From the NCBI RefSeq assembly GCF_006345805.1, contig NW_021827577.1, positions 1 to 27,990 of the forward strand: a stretch of DNA of 27,990 bases, given 5' to 3'. The stretch comes from Octopus sinensis. Taxonomy: Eukaryota. Made by a program: the position numbers and the translations under genes. Each line of letters starts with the position of its first letter. Position 1 is the stretch's first letter. The notes beneath the pieces were generated by a model. That model did not search any database. It had not been told where the DNA came from and saw only the letters and a list, made by a program, of their open reading frames with translations. This document shows positions 22,350-27,990 of this stretch, piece by piece.

Positions 22350-23480
22350 ATATACTAATCTTACAATAATCTAGGACAGTTAGCATCTTCTAAAATAGCC
22401 TCAAAACTTTTGGAATGAAAGTGTTTTGGATTTTCCTTTAATGACTAAATCTATGAAACCAAACAAGTATACATCTGTCAAGGTTTTTAAAGAATTTATC
22501 TTGGTTTAAAGGGGTTTAAGGTCATTCCTACATAGATTTTAGAGTTGTTGTTAGTAGTTATTACACATTTGTATGCAATATCTCTAGCCAAATAAGTCAA
22601 ATATAAAGTTTAGTTGTTGGTATTATGTAGCTAAAGGGTTGATGTTTTGTTAATTACTAATTTTGTTCACATTAGAACATGTTGGATTTAGGTCAAAGTT
22701 TGGTGTAATGCAATACAATAATTTGACAGTATTTTTGTTGACAGAATTTGGTGATTTTTATAATTTAAGGAGAAATGCTTTTTAGTGAGTTTTAAAAAAA
22801 TTTTGAGGTTGGTGATATTGAATGGAGCTGAGTACAAAGTAATGTTTTCTGTTTTTGTTTCTATTAGGACAGGAGTGAGGTGTGATGGTCTAAAAGATCT
22901 TATCCTTAAATCCACTTCTGGCTAAGGCTTCATTGTAGTATTGGGATGTATTATAAAAATCTGTTTATTAGCCAAAAATTTGGCAAGTCTAAGTAAGATG
23001 TTCATTCTCAGGTTTTGAATTATATGCCTGAGAGGTTTGGACTGTTTGTGGATGCATTTTTGTTTTTTGTTAGGCTTGTGGTCTGGAGAGTGAATTGGAA
23101 ATAATTAACATCAACATCATTTGCTTTTGAAACATGACTTCAACAGATATTTGGAAACCTAAGATATTGAAGAAATTGTGGAGGTATTTTCTGGAACAAT
23201 CACTATTCTACCTTCACCATTTTTAACATTTGTATGATAATCTGCAGAGAAAAACCTTCTGCATGTGTTTTGTTTGAACACATCAGACCTTTACTTATGT
23301 GCACAAGATGTGTATATTCTGCATCTTAGAATTGTGTTGATTCCCCACTTGTCAAAAGTTCACTGAAGAAAATATAAATCCAATTTTAGATGTCACTGTT
23401 TGGATATAACCATGTACCATCCAAGTTTCCTGCATTTAATAAAACCTTTTTTTAATGTAGCCAAAAAGATTCAGTTTTTG
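22350..23480 (-). mobile_element. Second, unrelated and highly decayed Penelope-like element (RT C-terminal part, linker, GIY-YIG)
   Basis: Across frameshifts: RKYLHNFFNILGFQISVE, IFYNTSQYYNEALARSGFKDKI, NRNKNRK.ITLYSAPFN..KIFLKLTKKHF, NKNTVKLLYC.TPN, DIAYKCVITT...KIYVGMT.NPFK.R. Confidence 0.7.
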
Positions 23481-23554
23481 GTATTAAGTACACAAAAATG
23501 ATTGAAGAAACTGAAATAAAGATTCTGTAAGTATTTATGAAATTGAAGCTATTT

Positions 23555-23700
23555 TATATTGTGATGATCAATGTGAAACTCAATAATGTTAGTACTAAAA
23601 TGCAAGTTGACACTGGAAGTTATGTAACTATAATACTTTAGCAATTTGAATAACCAAAATTATGAAAGTGTGATTGCAAACCAAAACAATTTGATATAGA
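23555..23700 (+). mobile_element. Ty3/Gypsy aspartic-protease remnant
   Basis: INVKLNNVSTKMQVDTGSYVTII, with the retropepsin DTG motif at 23609-23617. No other LTR-element parts recognised. Confidence 0.45.
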
Positions 23701-24223
23701 CTGATAAAGAAAGAAATACCACCAGATTATTGTTTAGTAAGTAAAAATATGAACTTAAAACTGTCAATGATTTATTAATTTAAAACTGCTAAAGATTTAT
23801 TAATTTCTATGGAAGATTTATTGATCATTATTCAAACTGCTTGCATCACTTTGTAAATGGAATGTCTCATTTTCATAGGGAGTCCAAGAATGAAAGCCAT
23901 TTGAGTATATAAAGCTGATGTTAGTATCAAAACCAGTGTTCCAGATTTATGTCACAAAAATTTAAGAACTCATGCAAGTGAAAAAAGCTATATCAGGAAT
24001 ACTTTTATAAGATGGTCACACTGTTTATATTTGTCAAGAGCATCAACTACAGCTGAAACATGATACTCTAAGAAGGAAGGTTTGGGATTGTATGTTGTAG
24101 TTGAAGAGCACAGCAATTTCTGCTTGGCCAAAAATTTTAATTAGTCTCAGATCACTAGAATTGATATTTTAAGCAATAATTATAGTTTATTGTAGTAATG
24201 TTTGTATCTATTATGAAATGGTA

Positions 24224-25118
24224 TTGGGTCATCCCATAAATAATGTGGGTTTTTTATACTTCTTTTATTTTTCAAAATTAAGATAAACAAAGTTGTTTTG
24301 TAATCTAAAAAATATACTCTCCTTCATTTTCTACAATGCTCTTCCATCTATCTGCTAAACTTGCAAGGCCCCTCTTCCAAAATTCATTTGTCTGTGATTA
24401 AAAATACTCCTCCAGTATTGTTCTGGCCTCATCTACAGAATTCATATGTTTTCCATCGTAATGATTTTGAAGACTGCAGAATAATTGATAATCAGATGGG
24501 GCAAAGTCCATCAAATATGGTGGATGGGGCATTGTTTTCCATTCAAACTGCTCCAGCCTTTGGAATGTCATCCTCGCTGTATGTAGCCAAGCATTATCCT
24601 GATGGAAGAACACCTTGAAACCAAAGATAGTTGTTTTTCTTCTAGCGCTGACTTGAATGACTGGTTTAATACCCAAAATCCAAGATTTTCTGCTAGTTCC
24701 TCAACAGTTATGATGAGATTTTATTCCACTGGGGTTTGTAGGAGTCTCTCATCGAGCTCTACAAACCTTCCAAGATGACGCTCATTTTCTAAGCAGTAGT
24801 TTCTGGCTTGGAATTTCTGGAATCACCATTGATACTGGTTTACACTTATTGTCCGATCCCCATACACTGCATTAATATTCCTTGCACTTTCTGTTGTTTT
24901 GTTGCCTGAATATGCTCCTTTGTCACTTCCTTTATAGCTTTGAAAAAAATAACTGTTAAAATCGAACTACACCCTTCAAAATTAGCACTAAGAATAAGGT
25001 AACAAGGTAAAATTACTACCTGCTTTTATAGCAAGTTCATGCAGGCAGTTTATCCTATCCCCTTCCAACTTTTAGTTCATGCAATTGAAAAAACTGCATT
25101 ATTTATGGGATGGCCCAA
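24224..25118 (-). mobile_element. Internally deleted mariner element (895 bp) with both TIRs and TA duplications
   Basis: TA|TTGGGTCATCCCATAAATAATG at 24222 and CATTATTTATGGGATGGCCCAA|TA at 25118 (1 mismatch in 22). HTH region ATESARNINAVYGD..., then FHQDNA.LH and PHPPY..DFAPSDY. The segment with the first catalytic Asp is missing. Confidence 0.93.
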
Positions 25119-26004
25119 TACATCATCTAATTATGAAATACCTGATGCAGAGGGATCTGAAGTTCCACATCTTGATACATTATCACAAAGTTTATTAAAA
25201 GGGCTTTTTAATAATTGGAGCTATTGTTCTCTAGGCTGCAAAACCATTTAAGTTATTGAAAAATAAATTAGATTGAAGGTGTTATTTTGTGTAATGGAGA
25301 ATTAATTAGTAAAATCTATTTGCCAATGTAGGGTAGCAGTCCTGCATAAGACCATGTTACTACCTTTTAAACCCAGGAAAACATCTTTTCCAGCTGGTTA
25401 TTGACACACTGTCTGTATCTGAAATATATTGTAAGCAAGGGAGTGTACTACCCACTCCTAGCCACTAGCAGTACCATCAGTAGTAATTAATTGTTCAACC
25501 AATTTCCTTGAGAACACTAATGATAAAAGCTGTGTGTGGTTATATGAATTAGTGCTTAGTAGCAGGCAATAAAGGATCAGCTGAAACTGGAAATATGGTT
25601 GTTTGATTACTGTGATGATGTGGAATGATATGGAGGGAAATATCCATGGCACTATTTAATGTAGATACTAATTTAATGAAACAGTTTGACTTGTGAGTTG
25701 GATAAAACATCTGTAAAAGAATGGGTCGCATGTAGCTAAAACTGCATTTGAATAAACACTTATTTTCTTATATGTATGTTAAATGATACTTTGTGTATTG
25801 AAAATTATGATTAATTACATATAATAAATTAAATGGTAAATTTTCTTTGTTATATTGTATAGATTATATAGTATAGCTTATATACTTAAATAAAAATGAT
25901 ATATGTCATATACTATATTGCATGATAGAAACTATTGTTTACATGAATAAATGTATAATGTAAAGAAAAGAGATTTAGTTTTGTTTATAGAATATAATTC
26001 TGTT

Positions 26005-26135
26005 TCCAATCAAGCACCAAGCAAACTTTTGCAGTGGGGAGTAAAATTTATCAATTCCAGTTAAAATGGGTACATATTTTATCAACAATTGGAAATGAAA
26101 GCAAATGTACTCCAAACAAAAATTTTAAGCTGAAT
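26005..26135 (-). mobile_element. Highly decayed SINE fragment
   Basis: ATCAATTCCAGT..GGTACATATTTTATCAAC..ATGAAAGCAAA resembles a CpG-decayed core of an abundant octopus SINE (ATCGACCCCAGT..GGTACTTATTTTATCGACCCC..ATGAAAGGCAAAG). Recalled, not verified. Confidence 0.45.
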
Positions 26136-27046
26136 AATGGTAGGCTTGGCATTCTACCATTTCTTATAAAACACTGGTTTTTATTTATGCTCATCTATAT
26201 ATAACAGATACACTGGAAAAGTAATTCCTCACAATAGATTTGGATTCATATAGAGCTTATAGGATAGTTTTATTCCAACACATCAAATGGTATATGTAAC
26301 TGGATTTTACAGTTCATGTAAATTATTTTAACTTAATTTTGATATGATTAAATAATTTATTTTTACATAAAATATTCAAAGAATCATTAACTAAGTATAA
26401 ATGCATAGAGATGAAATAATTTATTTTTTTGACTCTATATTACAAAAACAGCCATCTATGTTTCATGACTACTGCATAATTTTCACTTAAAATACATTGT
26501 AAAAAGAGTATTGATAACTGAATCAGCATAGTACCAGAGAACTAACTACCTAATGGGTTGAAGATGACTAATGCATTCAGCCTTCAAAGGTTGGGTTCAG
26601 CTAGCTCTTGGTAGGTATTGTGGGTAGGAAAACTCATCATTACAAGCAATCTTGTAGAATTGATGAGCAATTTATTAACCTTTATTATTTTTAGAGATAA
26701 TCCATCTGGGTTAGATGGACCTTCCATTTAGAGACTGGAAGCAAGTAATCAACCTATGGAACTTTGTTATTTAAAAAATGATCAGCTTTGTGTTACAGTA
26801 AGAGATATATTATTTAATTTTTCATTTGATACAATAATGCCACTATAAAACTACCCAATAAGTGATTAGAAAATGTAAGAACAGCTAAAATATAAAAAGT
26901 GGTTTTAGAATGAAACCTGTTAATGTTGGTACTTTGGGTGAGTATTATGTTTGCTCTATGTTAGCACTAATTTACTGCATTTCAGTTCCAACTGAACTTT
27001 CCTTGAAATCTCTGTAATTGATAACTCCTCTTTGCTTTTATTTCAG

Positions 27047-27099
27047 ATTAAACATTGCAGCAATGGATTTGTGGTCACCAAAAATGCCAGTAAGCATGC
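27047..27099 (+). other. Candidate small exon of a host gene
   Basis: Acceptor CTCCTCTTTGCTTTTATTTCAG| at 27046. Donors GTAAGT at 27100 and GTAAGC at 27090. Two frames are open: ATG27063-MDLWSPKMPVSM or IKHCSNGFVVTKNASKH. No protein recognised. Confidence 0.4.
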
Positions 27100-27382
27100 G
27101 TAAGTTACTTGTTATTCTATTATTTCCTTATTTTCAAATGTGGGAAAATATGATAGCATACATGCTTTGCTCTGCAATCACTTCAACACATGATGTGTGA
27201 TACATTATGCACCTGTTAGGGCAACGTTGATTCAATAGGGGCAGTGAGGTAATGTACAGTATGAACATTTAATTACTATAAACAAATTATTTGTGGAGGT
27301 CATTTGGCAAAAAAGCTGAAAACTTATACAACATTTTCAATGGGAGAGTCCATCATATATATGTATGTGTGTGTATATATAT

Positions 27383-27444
27383 GGTGCTATTAAGTTAGAC
27401 ATGGCCTGGGCCAATAATGGCCGAAACCTATCAAAGTATCAAAG
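27383..27444 (+). mobile_element. Short retroposed 3' end (stem-loop plus (TATCAAAG)2 tail) inside a TA/TG microsatellite
   Basis: CATGGCC-TG-GGCCA ataa TGGCC-GAAACC-(TATCAAAG)2 parallels the LINE end CATGGCC-A-CAGCT catt AGCTG-AAACT-(AAATC)n. Confidence 0.5.
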
Positions 27445-27502
<58 letters not shown>

Positions 27503-27503
<1 letters not shown>

Positions 27504-27804
27504 CACCACAATCGCCGTAACTGACCAGGCTATCAGATGTTGCTACACATCGCTGCGCTTCACATGGTTTTAGCCTTCAAATGATGCCACCCCACTGGCT
27601 AAGTGAGCAGGCCAACAGAAGGAAGAGTGATAGAAAGTCGTGGCGAAAGAGTACGGCAGGGATTGCCACCATCCCCTGCTGGAACCTCGTAGAGCTTTTA
27701 GGTGTTTTCACTCGATAAACACTCACAACGCCTGGTCTGGGAATAAAAACCGCGATCCTACAGCCGCGAGTCTGCTGCCCTAACCACAGGGTCATTGCGC
27801 CTCC
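27503..27804 (-). mobile_element. tRNA-derived SINE (octopus OR-type)
   Basis: Minus strand begins GGAGGCGCAATGACCCTGTGGTTAGGGCAGCAGACTCGCGG..., with Pol III A-box-like TGACCCTGTGG and B-box-like GGTTTTTATTCCC. Flanked by (TA)n and (CA)n. Confidence 0.85.
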
Positions 27805-27858
27805 ACACACACACACACACATATATTTATTTATATGCAGATATATATATATTTATAT

Positions 27859-27891
<33 letters not shown>

Positions 27892-27990
27892 TTATGCAGA
27901 TATTATATATATATATATATATTTATATGCAGATATATATATATATATATATATTTATATGCAGATATATATATATATATATATATATTA
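27805..27990. repeat. (CA)n then (TA)n with a recurring TTTAT(AT)GCAGA unit (incipient minisatellite)
   Basis: ATGCAGATAT occurs four times, separated by TA runs of variable length. Confidence 0.92.

Noticed and set aside
23880-24170. Faint minus-strand resemblance to a non-LTR RT segment
   Set aside because: No diagnostic motif can be read without several assumed frameshifts.
26695-26744. Possible exon after a T-rich acceptor, containing a 7-bp hairpin (26701-26719)
   Set aside because: Stops in all three frames and a weak donor (GTAATC); cannot be supported without transcripts.

Overview
AT-rich animal genomic DNA, most likely an octopus; this is inferred from the tRNA-derived SINE, the RTE/CR1 repertoire and the very long (TA)n arrays. 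No intact host protein-coding gene is supported. The window is mostly transposable elements. The left half holds young non-LTR retrotransposons in TA microsatellites. One is a near-intact CR1/L2-group LINE (about 5.9-10.3 kb, +) whose ORF1 appears to combine a Myb/SANT (trihelix)-like domain with a CCCH zinc finger. The other is a 5'-truncated RTE-clade LINE (10.6-14.1 kb, -) with a PHD finger inside its RT region. The right half holds old, CpG-decayed relics: two different Penelope-like elements, a hAT (Buster/Charlie-type) transposase, two internally deleted mariners, RTE, Rex1-like and Ty3/Gypsy fragments, and SINEs. A 3.3-kb alternating purine-pyrimidine array abuts a CpG-rich segment with a TATA box, a pyrimidine initiator and splice donors. 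With a well-formed small exon at 27.05 kb, this suggests most of the window is one large first intron of a + strand host gene (inference). All domain and family calls come from motif recognition by eye, not database searches.
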